Positions 38,811 through 51,020 of a DNA stretch of 64,000 nt are shown one piece after another. The stretch comes from Octopus bimaculoides (lineage: Eukaryota). The notes below the pieces were generated by a model that made no database searches, was not told the DNA's origin, and saw nothing but the letters and a program-made list of their open reading frames with translations. Location: NCBI RefSeq assembly GCF_001194135.2, contig NC_068994.1, positions 20,874,508-20,938,507 on the forward strand, written 5' to 3'. How positions within the stretch are numbered: the first letter of the stretch is position 1; each line of letters starts with the position of its first letter. Made by a program: the position numbers and the translations under genes.

Positions 38811-39200
38811 GGAGGCGCAATGGCCCAGTGGTTAGGGCAGCGGACTCGCGGTCATAGGATCGCAGTTTCGATTCCCAGACCGGGCATTGTGAGTGTTTAT
38901 TGAGCGAAAACACCTAAAGCTCCATGAGACTCTGGCAGGGGATGGTGGTGAACCCTGCTGTACTCTTTCACCACAACTTTCTCTCACTCTTCCTTCCTGT
39001 TTCTGTTGTGCCTGTAATTCAAAGGGTCAGCCTTGTCACACTGTGTCACGCTGAATATCCCCGAGAACTACGTTAAGGGTACACATGTCTGTGGAGTGCT
39101 CAGCCACTTGCATGTTAATTTCACGAGCAGGCTGTTCCGTTGATCGGATCAACTGAAACCCTCGACGCCGTAAGCCAACGACGGAGTGCCAACAACAACA
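38811..39200 (+). mobile_element. Young full-length tRNA(Arg-like)-derived SINE, family A, with a perfect 13-bp TSD
   Basis: A box tggcccagtgg, B box gtttcgattcc, anticodon-like TCG, (AAC)n tail. TSD atctcttgtctct at 38798-38810 and 39201-39213. Confidence 0.96.
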
Positions 39201-39283
39201 ATCTCTTGTCTCTACCCTTTTTTTTCTCTCTTCAAGTTTCTCTAAAATTTCTCACATAAAAATCCTCACAGAATTTTAAGTAG

Positions 39284-39340
<57 letters not shown>

Positions 39341-41711
39341 ATTGCCAAACAATTGGCCTTTGAATAAAGAAAAAACAGTTTATCCTCATCTATTGCTCCC
39401 TGTCCCTACAGTATTTACAGTCCCATTTACATCAATTTACTATCCTTGCTCCCTATCTATTACTGACTTCACATGCCACTCTACCACCTCCCGGCAGGCT
39501 TATTTCCTGTTTGGAGCCCCTGTTCCCTGTTACCAGTGACAGTAGGAAGGGGACTCTATGTATACCCCCTCCCCTCTATAGTTTCTTGCAAGTACATTGT
39601 GTTCTTCACTTCACACAATTTCCTCCATCCTGCGACGTTACTAGAGTTATTGTCCTTCCACTTGGCTACACTGTTGATTTGCTATATATGCATCTCTATG
39701 TGTTTCAACCCTTACCCCCAAAACTTCAAATGTTCAACAAAAACTCCTTTGTGAAGTAATTACATTACCTTATGCTTGGTGTTTTTTCTATCTTTCTCAT
39801 CTCACTGATAACAGATTGGGTCAAACTGCAGCACCCTATGATGATACATTAGATTATAAGTTATTCTAATGATCCTGGCAGAAGTGTGTAACATTGATAC
39901 ATGAACACTGCTGCCACTAACCCTAAATGATTATTTTGGTTTTAGTTTCAATAACTTCTTTCAATCACATACTGGTCTGAACAAGGGTGCAGGGATGATT
40001 TGATGGTTAATAAATATTGGTTGGTGAGGTAAGGTGAAAGAGACAAAAGTGGCTCAGGAAGGAGGAGGTGGTAAGAGGAGATGCAGAAAGGCTGGGGAGC
40101 ACCAATGAGAGATAGGGAGATGATGTGTGGGTTGGGAATTGAAAGAGAGAGAGAGAGATGTACATTGACAGAGATGGAGGTCGGAGGTACTTAGAGAACT
40201 GTGGTGGTGGGAGGGGGCTATCAATGGTATGAGAGGATGTCAATGATGGCAGTCATAAGATGTGGCTCAAGGGCAAGGGAGATAACTGGTGGCAGAGAAT
40301 GGAGTGATTAGTAGAAAATATTAAAGTGGGAAGGGATAGAATGAAGGATGTTTAGAAAGAAGTGGTTTCCAGGAAGAAAGCTAACTGATAGAACAAAAGC
40401 GGATGATTTTTCTCTCATACGATTACAACAGCTGAATAGAACCATAGTGGGTGTTAGGAAGATGAGAGGTGGGAGAAGACTTGATACAGCCTTGTGAGTA
40501 TCTCAACACACTTCATTGGACAGATGGCTTTCCCCAAGCACAGCAAAATGTCATTTGTCTCAAACTTTTGTAATCTCCTCCACAAGGTTCAATGTCATAA
40601 GATCAGTCTTCTCTATGTTACCTCATATTTCCCTGGTTGGGTCTCCTTCTTCCACAGATTCCATCCACAACTTTTGTCAGCTCTTCTTTATGCAGCTGTA
40701 TTCCTCTATATGCATCACATGACCATACCAGCACATTCTTCCCTCTTGCATGCTACATCTGATTCCTCTTATTCCCAATTTTTCTCACTACATTTGCATT
40801 TTGTCATATATTCACCCTGTCATTGCTCATCCAACTGGAGCATGCTAACTTAATTTCTTTCTATTCTTCATATATCCCCTGCATTACAACCCACATTTCA
40901 CTTCCATGTAGCATTGTTGTTCTTACACAAGCTCTCTTTCACTCTGAAAGGGAGACCTTTTGTTATCCACAGAGCTATTGCTCTGAATTTTTTCCAGCTG
41001 TTTTCTTATTCTTGTAACTATATCTGCAGTACATCCTCTTCCACTACTAATTAGGTCACCTAGGCAACAGAAGCTACCTACTACCTCTAAGGATTTTCCT
41101 GGGCATTTGAAAAATTCTATTTCTCATGTGTTCTTAGAGAGAGAGAGTGTGTGGGGGTGAAATCGCTCTTGAGGTTCTCTTGTAACGTAACCCAATACAA
41201 CTTGTTTGGTCAGGTTGTCAACAACTAAACTGGCAATCCCACCAAGCCTGCTCATTGAGAAGGCTGAATTTTTGGACACACTTCAGGATGGAAATCAAGA
41301 TGTGTTAAAAGGCAGATGAACTCGTGAGAGTTAAAGGCCATCCACTTGTGTGCAAATGTGTTTTGTCCAATCATATCCTTGCTGACTCATAGGATCCTTT
41401 GATGTGAAAAGTCTAGAAGGCATGATGAAGTGAAACCTGCAGTTGATGTAGCTGCCAATCATCTTGCAGTGCTTGTCACTGGATTCCAGTTATTGATATT
41501 CAGAAAGTGGAATACATGTTGCTTCAAGTATGTTACTTTAATCCTATGACATATCTCATTCCATCTCGTTCATCTTGTCTCTACACTAAAGTCATGCAGC
41601 AATGGGGGAGAGGTGAAGATTCATCTCAGAGCACAGAAGCATAATTGAGATTATAGGGATGATGTAGAGTGATTGAGATGGCTGTCATCTGTCAACATGA
41701 AGCAATCATCA

Positions 41712-41743
<32 letters not shown>

Positions 41744-42125
41744 AAGGCATGAGGTTTAGTGAATAAGGTTTTGCACTCACAATTCCAAGATCATGGTTTT
41801 GATTCCCCAACCAGCAATGCATTGAATTCATGAACAAAACACTTCATTTCACATTGCTCCAATCCACTCAGCTTGCAACAGCTCCAATCCACTCAGCTTG
41901 CATCCCATTCAGAGGGGTTGTCGGCCTGCTCACCTAACCAGCAAGATGGCATCTTTCAAAAGCACATTGTGATCAACAGTGTGTAAAAACATTTAATAGT
42001 CTGCTCAATTCAGTGATTATATATCTACTATATAAATGTGAGTGTTTGTGGTTATGTATGTGTGTTTAACCAAAAAGGATTGGAAATGGTGCATCCTCAA
42101 GAAAAACGAATTTGATTTTCGAAAT

Positions 42126-42148
42126 ATGTCCCAAAGACAATGTTGTCT
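42126..42148 (+). CDS. Candidate alternative first coding exon: MSQRQCC (ends phase 2)
   Basis: ATG followed by donor tct|gtaagt. Local CpG retention, weak upstream acceptor. Confidence 0.3.
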
Positions 42149-43908
42149 GTAAGTAATTAGAAAATATAATTCGGTACAAGAAATAACTCAACTTTTAGAT
42201 CAACAAATCTCCTACTCTCTCTATTATTTACCACAATATTTATAGCAAAACAAAATGTTATAGAAGACCTCTCTTGCCCATGCAAGCTTGGAAAAAACAG
42301 CATAAAATGATAAGTTGTTTTTTTTGTTGTTGTTGCTTTGCTTTGTTTTTGTTGTTTTGTTTTTTCCTTAATTAAAACTCTGTTTCTGGACGCAACTTTA
42401 CAGTGGTGTTGTGGGTTTACAGAGAGAACTTTCACCATAATGCTACATAAGGATTCCTTTTGAGGAGGTATAAAACCAATTCTTACAATGAAAAGGTTGT
42501 AATTGATTGAATGAACCCCCATTAAATTACTGACTCCAAATGGGTGGAAACTTGATCCTGTGGGAACTTGGAGCCCTGAAAAACAAAACAAATGCAGCAA
42601 AGAATTTAGTTTGAGACTCTACTGCTGCTTTCTTGGATAATTGTTTCTTCAATAGGTATAAGCAGTTTTTAAAATGACTAACTGGTGTGATTGAAATAAC
42701 ACAGTTGTACTTTATAAATAGAATTATGAAGCACTAAGTTACTGAAAGATATCTAGTTTTAGTAATAATTGATTTATTTGATTTCTTCTATAAGTACATG
42801 CTTCTCACTCATACTTCAACTTTTCAATTATCCTATTTCTTTGGTCTCTAGATTTATTCTGTATTCTTTCTCATACTTCTCTCTCTCTCCCCCTTACACA
42901 CTCTTATTCTCTCTTCCACTCTCTCTATCTGTTTTTCAAACTGTCTTATCTTTTTCTTCATCTATATCTTATTGTTTCTCCTGTATACCCTCTATTATAT
43001 CTCACACTTTTCTTATCTCCCTCCTACAATTTATCAGTTTTCTCTTTCATCTTTCTATTCTCTCTCACGACATACACATATATGTTAAAATATTACTAAT
43101 ACTCACTCAATTCACAAGCAATTCTTTTCAAATGTCTATTAATCGTATGCGAATGTTTTTTTTTTTAATATAATTTTTTTTCTCTGTAAATGTCACAAGT
43201 AATAAGTCCCTACTTGTAAACACTGCTGCTAGTGCACTGCTAACTGGAAAACGATGTTTGACAATACTCTCTCTCTACAAGCATTTTTGTTATTATAAGC
43301 CTATTAATTAATAGTCCTTATTAACAAGAAGCGCTAATACTACTCCTTACTAAATAAACGCTACTAGAGTGCTTACTAATCGTGCTCCAGCACGACTTAT
43401 GAGGCTAAAACGAACTAAATATTTAATAAATACTACACTGCCGCTTTTTTCAAGTACCATTCTACAACCACCACCACAGTTCTCATCAAACATCTCTATC
43501 GTCAGTAACCCGAACGTATTCACTAATAATCCCCCAACGCAGACACAACTATGTGTTGTACGGGCTACCGCCCTGTCATCGGTCGTCTGCACGATCAGGG
43601 CTGATTAGAGTCACCTCAGCAATGCAATATGCAATCACCGTTAGAAAAGCTTCCCTAATAAACATACCACTTGTTGACATTTTTATTTTCACTAAAACAG
43701 TGTCGCCGTTGCAATGGTGTCGGCATTAATTTTATTAGCAAGTTATCCGTGCGCGTGTGTTTATGTGAGGAATTACTAAGTAGTTAATATGGTTTAGTAG
43801 CTGTCAGTAGTCTATCTCCTGACGCCGTCTTCATCCCGCATATAAAACATACACACACGCCTCTGAATTCAGCTGGCAAAGTACTTATCTTCTCTAAGTA
43901 CACCAGCA

Positions 43909-43943
<35 letters not shown>

Positions 43944-44561
43944 CCATCCTACACATTTCTCTTGCGTAGTAGTAACTTAGGACATTCAGTCCAGTCAACA
44001 ATGGTACTAAACTGTTTGTCTTTCCAACTGGCTTTTATCGAGTCGGATTAAACGGTAAAGTTCTCTCACTATCTAATGTTTACCTGCCGTTTGTTTATGT
44101 TTATATTTGCTTGTCTCCTCCAATTTTTGTATTTACCTGTCACTTATTATGTATATCACAATGTTTAGCCCCAAGTCATACCTCGTCAAGTAAACCTAAG
44201 ATCAGTGCCGTTCCACCTGTGACCATCCTGTTGTGTTTTTTTTTTTTGTCCATTGTCATATATCCAAGACTATATTTTGTAATGATTTTTCCCCCCTTTT
44301 TATAAGACAGTAAGGTATGATTTAAATGAGATTTGTTTGCTATTCTGTAGCAGGTTAAGTAGCCGTCTAAAGATACTGGTTAGTAGCTTGTTTAATTCTA
44401 GATCACCTTTAGTCGAACAGGCATGATCAAAGGTATTCCAGCCGTGTCCATCCTGCTGGTTTTCTGATGTTGTGTTACTCCGATTAACCTAATATCTTTT
44501 TTTTTCACCAATGTAGAGCGTCATTCAAGAGAGATTATATATATATATATATATATATATA

Positions 44562-44701
44562 NNNNNNNNNNNNNNNNNNNNNNNNNNNNNNNNNNNNNNN
44601 NNNNNNNNNNNNNNNNNNNNNNNNNNNNNNNNNNNNNNNNNNNNNNNNNNNNNNNNNNNNNNNNNNNNNNNNNNNNNNNNNNNNNNNNNNNNNNNNNNNN
44701 N
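44562..44701. other. Assembly gap inside a (TA)n microsatellite
   Basis: N run flanked by (TA)n and (TAGA)n. Confidence 1.
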
Positions 44702-44797
44702 TATATATAGATAGATAGATAGATAGATAGACACACACACACATATATACACACGCGTGCGCGCGAGTTTATGTATTTGTTTTTTTTTTTGCAGACA

Positions 44798-44861
44798 TTG
44801 TTATATTTGGGGATGGTTATATTTTGCTAATTAAACACACGACCATCCCCAAGTATAACAA
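44798..44861. other. 64-nt hairpin (21-bp arms, 22-nt loop)
   Basis: ttgttatatttggggatggtt / gaccatccccaagtataacaa. Confidence 0.85.
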
Positions 44862-45486
44862 ATACTTATTGTCTCTCAGTTTGACGGATGATCAAATATA
44901 TATGGATAGTAGTTAGAGAAACAATAAGTGAACAATGAGCTATTTTCTTACAGGACGAGTCACTATCTACATACATGGTGAAGTCCAAGGAAATTGGTTG
45001 GTGGTGGTCTGCGTGCGCAAAAATTATTTACGGGAGGGTTTGTTTACTTGGTTTGCCGCGAGAAATGGAAGAATTTAACGTTTCGAGCACTTGTCCTGAC
45101 AGAGAAATACAGACATATATGTGGGATGTGTGTGTCTATCAGCTATTTCTCGATCAATAGCTATTTGATGTCGAATTTGCTACTATGAGACAGACAAATT
45201 TTAGTCTACCTCAACGCATTCATTTCTTATGAATAATTAATGAATCAATTGTTTATTAATCTATTTAAATAAATATCGCAGACTGTATTGTTTATCGTTT
45301 TTAATTATATTGTTTACTATTGTCATCTCCCGTATCATTTCTGTTTCGCTTCTATTTTCTCTCACTGTCTGCTTTCTTGCTTCCTGCCTTCTGCTTTTCA
45401 TTTTTATTTCTTCCTTATTTTCTTTCCATCCCTCTACTCCTTTTCTCAGTAATTATGTCACCTCTCCCTCTCTCTATCTCTCTCAT

Positions 45487-45537
<51 letters not shown>

Positions 45538-46647
45538 ACACACACACACACACACAAACAGAGGCATATTTAAATTTACGTCGTTTCGAGTTGTCTTGTT
45601 TTTTTTGGGGGTTTTTTTTTGAGAATTTAATGCTAAAAATAAACCTTAGCTTCAGTCCATTTATGCGACTTTACGTCGGTCTTGCTTGAAAATTTTAAAC
45701 AAAGGCACTTAAGAATAACATTGGAGTGGAAAAATCAAAATATATGTGAAAATATATACAAATTGTATACTGAGACAAATATAAGCTATTATACTTTTTT
45801 CTTAATTTTTTTTTCATGTTACGCCGCTTTGGCACCAATTACCAACGTAAGCTGAGGTATGCTTGTCTATATGTGGTCGCGTGTGATCCAGCTTCATTTC
45901 TAGTTATCTTCCCCTACTAACCCTATTCTCCAAAACTGTCTGTTTTCTCATCACTCTATCCCTTTCTCGCCCAAAGAATATAGGTCTATATATTGATTGT
46001 ACAGTTTCTCGACTTTATTTTATTTTTCCCTCGATCTGAAAGCAATCATTTTTTGTATCAGTCTGTGTGTGAATAAAAACTCAAATGTATGCTGTGCTGT
46101 AATATGAAATAATGAGACAAAATATTCCGTACAACGCCCTTCGTCTCAGAACAAGTATTTCTGAAATAAGAAATGAGTAGAGCAAGGAGTCATAAGAGAC
46201 AAAATAGATGTCTGCTCCGAACAAATAATTGTATCAAGTAATTGAATAATAATCGTCAAGATACTTCTCTCTAATTTTTTTTTAATGTGTGTTTTGATCA
46301 TGATGATGATGGTGGGGATGGGGCATGTAATTATACATGATATTGATATATGCACAAATTGAGTTGTTAGGCAAGTTTTTTTTCTTTCTATTTTTTTTAT
46401 AAATTGCATGTCTTTCTAACGTGTCTTACCTATCACACAAAAAGTAATGCGAGAATACTCTACTTCTATAATCTTGTTACCCCCCCCCCCGTCATTATTT
46501 TTTTTTTGTATGTAGACTTCACTTTTTCTAGTCCTACATTTACACACACACACACTCACAAGGACTGTTTTCCATCACCAAATATTTATGCAAGATCTTT
46601 TTTAACCTTTTTATAAATGATTTAATGGCATATATAACTGGTTGTCC

Positions 46648-46731
<84 letters not shown>

Positions 46732-48957
46732 CCAATAGAATGATTGTTATACTGTGGTCAATAACTTGATAATCTGGTTATCATTGTGGTCGGCAACATT
46801 GTGTTTGTAGCTAAGTGCTATACTCTGTATCCATGTGATCTCTGCCTACCACATCATAAGCCAAATAAAGTTGATTGGATCATTATATAACTCTTATATG
46901 AGAAATGTTTTTGAGCGAACAAGGATTGTTAGGATCTTTGTTGGGAAACATCAAAGTGTTTTTTAGTCGGTCAGCCCATATAATACTAGCAGTTTCTCTT
47001 TTTTTTTTCTTTTCTTATATATATAGAAATGGAATCAAAGGCAATAAATGCGTAAAAGAAAACTCTTAAGTTAGAAACATGGAATGACTTAATGGGATGG
47101 TTTAATGAGTCAGTTTCTCTGGTAGTATTCACTACTTTTGAAGTTTTATAAGCATGAAACTTGGTAATGTATTTGAAACTGAAAAGTTATTTAGGTGTAG
47201 AAAATTTTTGCTGAAACAGAAAATGAAACTAACACAATAAATTCAGAGCAGCCTTCTGCTATAAAGACATGTAGTTTCCATAACATTAGGCTACAACTGT
47301 TTTCAGTAAAAGTAACTTTGGTGGTGTAGTCATTACTCAGGTTATCGTGCACCAATGAATACACTTAATTTGATCAAGTCATTGACCTATTTTAGATGTT
47401 GAGAGAGGCAAGATAAAGGAGATTGATGGTGATGATGATTAAAGAGTGGATAAAAATTTGGTAAGCTGATGGTCACTATGACCATTGTTATAAAACTGGT
47501 TTGTTGTTTTGTTAGCTGTAATGTAAAAAAAAAATATTAAATTGATCATAATGGTGAGAACTGCATTTCAAATAATTGATCACAGAAGAAGAAAAAGATA
47601 TCAGATCATTGAGTGATGTGTAAATTTAATGCAAAAGTTGACTTATCAAATTATTTTAAAATAACTAATATCACATCATTATTTCTATACGATGCATATG
47701 AAATCATTTATGTTAATATACCAATCACTGATACCTATATTCCAGTCTTTGATTCCTAGATACCAAATTATTGATTCTTTGGTTTAATAAAGCATCGAAT
47801 ATAAGTGGCTTTAAATGCAATTTCACAATGGTCAGTTTAGAGTGGGACAATTGATTACTGGTGAGAATCTAAGCACATTTGAAACTATAGTTTAGCCAAC
47901 CTGAGGCCTGCTTGATACTTTCTTGAAATGGGTTTATTTAAACAAACATTTAAAAAAATTTTATCAAAAATTAAAGATTGTAATGAAAAGTAAAAAAGAA
48001 AGATACTACTGTTTTTGCAACAATAATATTTCATGTTGAATCAACAATAATTCATTCCTTATTGTAATAATGGCATGAGAAAGCAAAATGCTTTCAATTT
48101 TGTCAGTATACAAGTGGCCCTCAAGAAACTTTCTGTGGTTAAAGTGGCCTGCAATGTAATTCAAGTTGGCCAAGCCTGGTCTAGTTAATCTTCTTTCTTT
48201 TTTTTTCTGCCCACAGTGAAATTGTATAAACCTGAGAGTTGTCTATGGCTCTTCAATGAAACTATGAAATTTATTTAGTTTATAAATGCAGTAATGACTA
48301 AAATCTATAGATTTATTCCATAGAAATATATGAAATCTGTTATCAACTAAAATACTATTTCAGATAGAAAGTGGATAAACAGCTTAGTTCTAAAGTAGTC
48401 AAATAATATCAAAGTTATATATAGACATTTTAATCTTTCTTAGATGGAAATGTGATTGCTGAGGAAGCTGTTACCTAGTTCCAGAACTTAACAAAATAGT
48501 CTTAAAAATCTTAAACAACCTTATCATTTAACTCTTCTAATAGTTTTAACACGCACACATTTCTCTCTTGCAAGTGTGCACATGCTCTTTCTCTTTCCTT
48601 CAGTCTGATAGTTTGAGATAATTAATGCCCCTCACCCATTATACTTTCATCCCTCACAAAATAAACCTTTATTTCTTTTCCTATGAACACCTGAACAGAT
48701 GTTATTTCCAAGAATAGGACACAAGAAAAATCTAAAGATCCAAGTTTCGGTGACACAATTGTTAATAGCATGTATCTATGAACCTGTGCACACTGTAAAT
48801 ATGTTTTATGCTCCAGAAACGTAGGAAAATAATAATACTGTTTTTGTGGCCAATCTTTTTGTTGTGCCAACAAAAGATTAAAAATGAATATGTACCTAAA
48901 ATAGTATTCTAGTTGACACTTCATAATGATAGCAAATATACATTATGAAAATGTGCT

Positions 48958-48996
<39 letters not shown>

Positions 48997-51020
48997 ATGC
49001 ATATGCTAAGTATGAGAAACAGGTCTTGATAAGTCAGAATTTTCCAGGCCATAAAATCAAGGATCCATAAAATGAGTACTAATCATGTAATTGTGTCAGT
49101 CCAAACAAATGTATCTTCCCTGGCACCAAAATTTATTGCCTTACACCAATGTGAGAAATCTTAACTCTTGCCTAGATTAACTTTGTTCTCATTTTTTTAA
49201 ATACATTTCGGGGTTGATAGAAAGAAAAATAACAATAATACAGGATAACCATAAAGTCTTGATACAAAGGCAAAAGTTTTGTTCTTTTCTACTCTATGCA
49301 CAAGGCCTGAAATTTGGGGAGAGGAGGCCAGTTGATTAGATTGACCAGTACACAACCGGTACTTAATTTATCGACCCCGAAAGATGAAAAGGCAAAGTCG
49401 ACCGCAGTGGAATTTGAACTTAAACATAAAGACAGACTAAATACCACTAAGAATTTCAGCCAGCTCACCACCGTAATTTTATTCAATTACATTAATGAAT
49501 AACATTTTCAACATGGTTTCCAGCGATACAAAGTTTGGTGCAGTTTGTGCGATTCACATACACCTTATGCAATAACTCCACATTTCCATCAATTTGAGCA
49601 CATTCATTAATTCAGACTTCATGCTTACTCTGTGTATCAGGGTCAATTAATTAATACTTCCTTAAAAATCTGTGGCCTTAAGTTAAAGTTAGTCATCATC
49701 ATCAACAACAACAATAGAGAGGTAATATTCATCTCCATTTAAACATAAATGTTCTGTAAGAACAAACTTTACTGCGGCAGATACCATGAAAGAAACTCTC
49801 ATTGGCTTTTAGTGCAGAATGCACGCTTGTTTGTGGGGGTAAATATTACCTCCCAATATTAATACTGCCTTTGTCACTAATATATTTTAAACAACAACAG
49901 AAGTGATAGTACATTAACTGTTGGATTAGATGATTTCTTTTATCAACTTCAGTGTCTATGTTCATATATCTTTGCAGCCAATGACATAATTTCCAGTAAT
50001 ATATTATTATCAAAGATTCCACCACACCCACCCCTAGAAAATATACTGTTCATTACCCGTTAATCAATGCCTCTAATTTCAAAAAGAAATTAAAGAATTC
50101 TTTTAGATTTTACAAATTGCATTTGTGGTTTATTGATTTCAGGGTAAGTTGTTCAGGTGATCAGTGCCTCAACTGAAACAACACCAATATATTAAAGGTA
50201 ATATTTATTGAACCTGGTGGAATGCAGCTACAGGTACGGCAATATATATAATTAAGTGAAAAATTATAGAAAAATCCATGCCATATGTTAATGGCTCTAG
50301 AAAAGCAAGTTATGTATAGCTGAAATATTGCATATCCTTTGTAGATCTAAGACTTCCACTGCACAGCCAAATTCCAGATCAGAAATTATTAGGAAATCTA
50401 AACATGGACAAGTTTCTTGGCATTTGGCAAACTGGAGAACACATCCTCTCTGGATTGAGCAGCTGTATTACAGACTTTTGACCCCTTCCATTGATTCTAC
50501 TCCAACCAGCTTTATGGCTTTACAGCCAAAGGCAACATAACTCTAATTCTCTTTCTTCTTTTTCTCCTTTCTTCTTCCATTTTTTTCACTTTTTGCATCC
50601 ACCTTTCTCAATTTTTTTTTACCGTGATTTCTTTTGGTCTATTGTGCTGATTTGTAATTTGTATAGGTCATGTGCTCAGACCTCAGAGATTGCTTAGAAA
50701 CACTAGGTGTGTTATTAAAACCTGCCTTCACAACATCTCCAATGTATGAAACTATTAGTAGCTCATAACAGTATACTTTGTACACCAAACAATATTTATC
50801 TCTCATCAGATAGAGTACTTTTTTGTTGATCTTACCTTAACGGAAAAGTAAATTGTGTGTGTATATATATCATGAACTCTTGTCATAGACAACATACGAG
50901 GGTTCTGAAATTTCTTGTTGAACAACCTGCACAGATAATTTGTTCATAGTGATCACATGTATATGTACATATATATGTGTGTGTGTGTGTGTGTGTGTCT
51001 GTATACATGTGTGTATTTGT

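Larger units (their letters stand above)
43230..46150. promoter_or_regulatory. CpG-retaining, promoter-like island
   Basis: CpG is visibly frequent here and depleted in the flanks. Contains Inr-like tcagt, attgg (reverse CCAAT), tttgccgcg (E2F-like) and tgcgtgcgca. Donor-like acg|gtaaag at 44054, acceptor ttttcttacag| at 44953, donors aac|gtaagc (45846) and gag|gtatgc (45856). Confidence 0.7.

Noticed and set aside
38811-38885. Functional tRNA-Arg gene
   Set aside because: It is the head of a SINE: it continues into a repeated body, has an (AAC)n tail and TSD, and lacks a closing acceptor stem and poly-T terminator.
41470-41527. Exon candidate ACHWIPVIDIQKVEYMLLQ (cttgcag| ... caa|gtatgt)
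   Set aside because: Short pyrimidine tract, embedded among TE remnants, and its phase 2 to 0 is unsupported by any downstream candidate.
42157-42600. 147-aa minus-strand ORF
   Set aside because: It overlaps a decayed family-C SINE and (TTG)n repeats, with no ATG start or domain.
50117-50129. tttcag-G-gtaagt as a recursive splice site or 1-nt exon
   Set aside because: The extra G breaks the AG|GT consensus and the tract is short.
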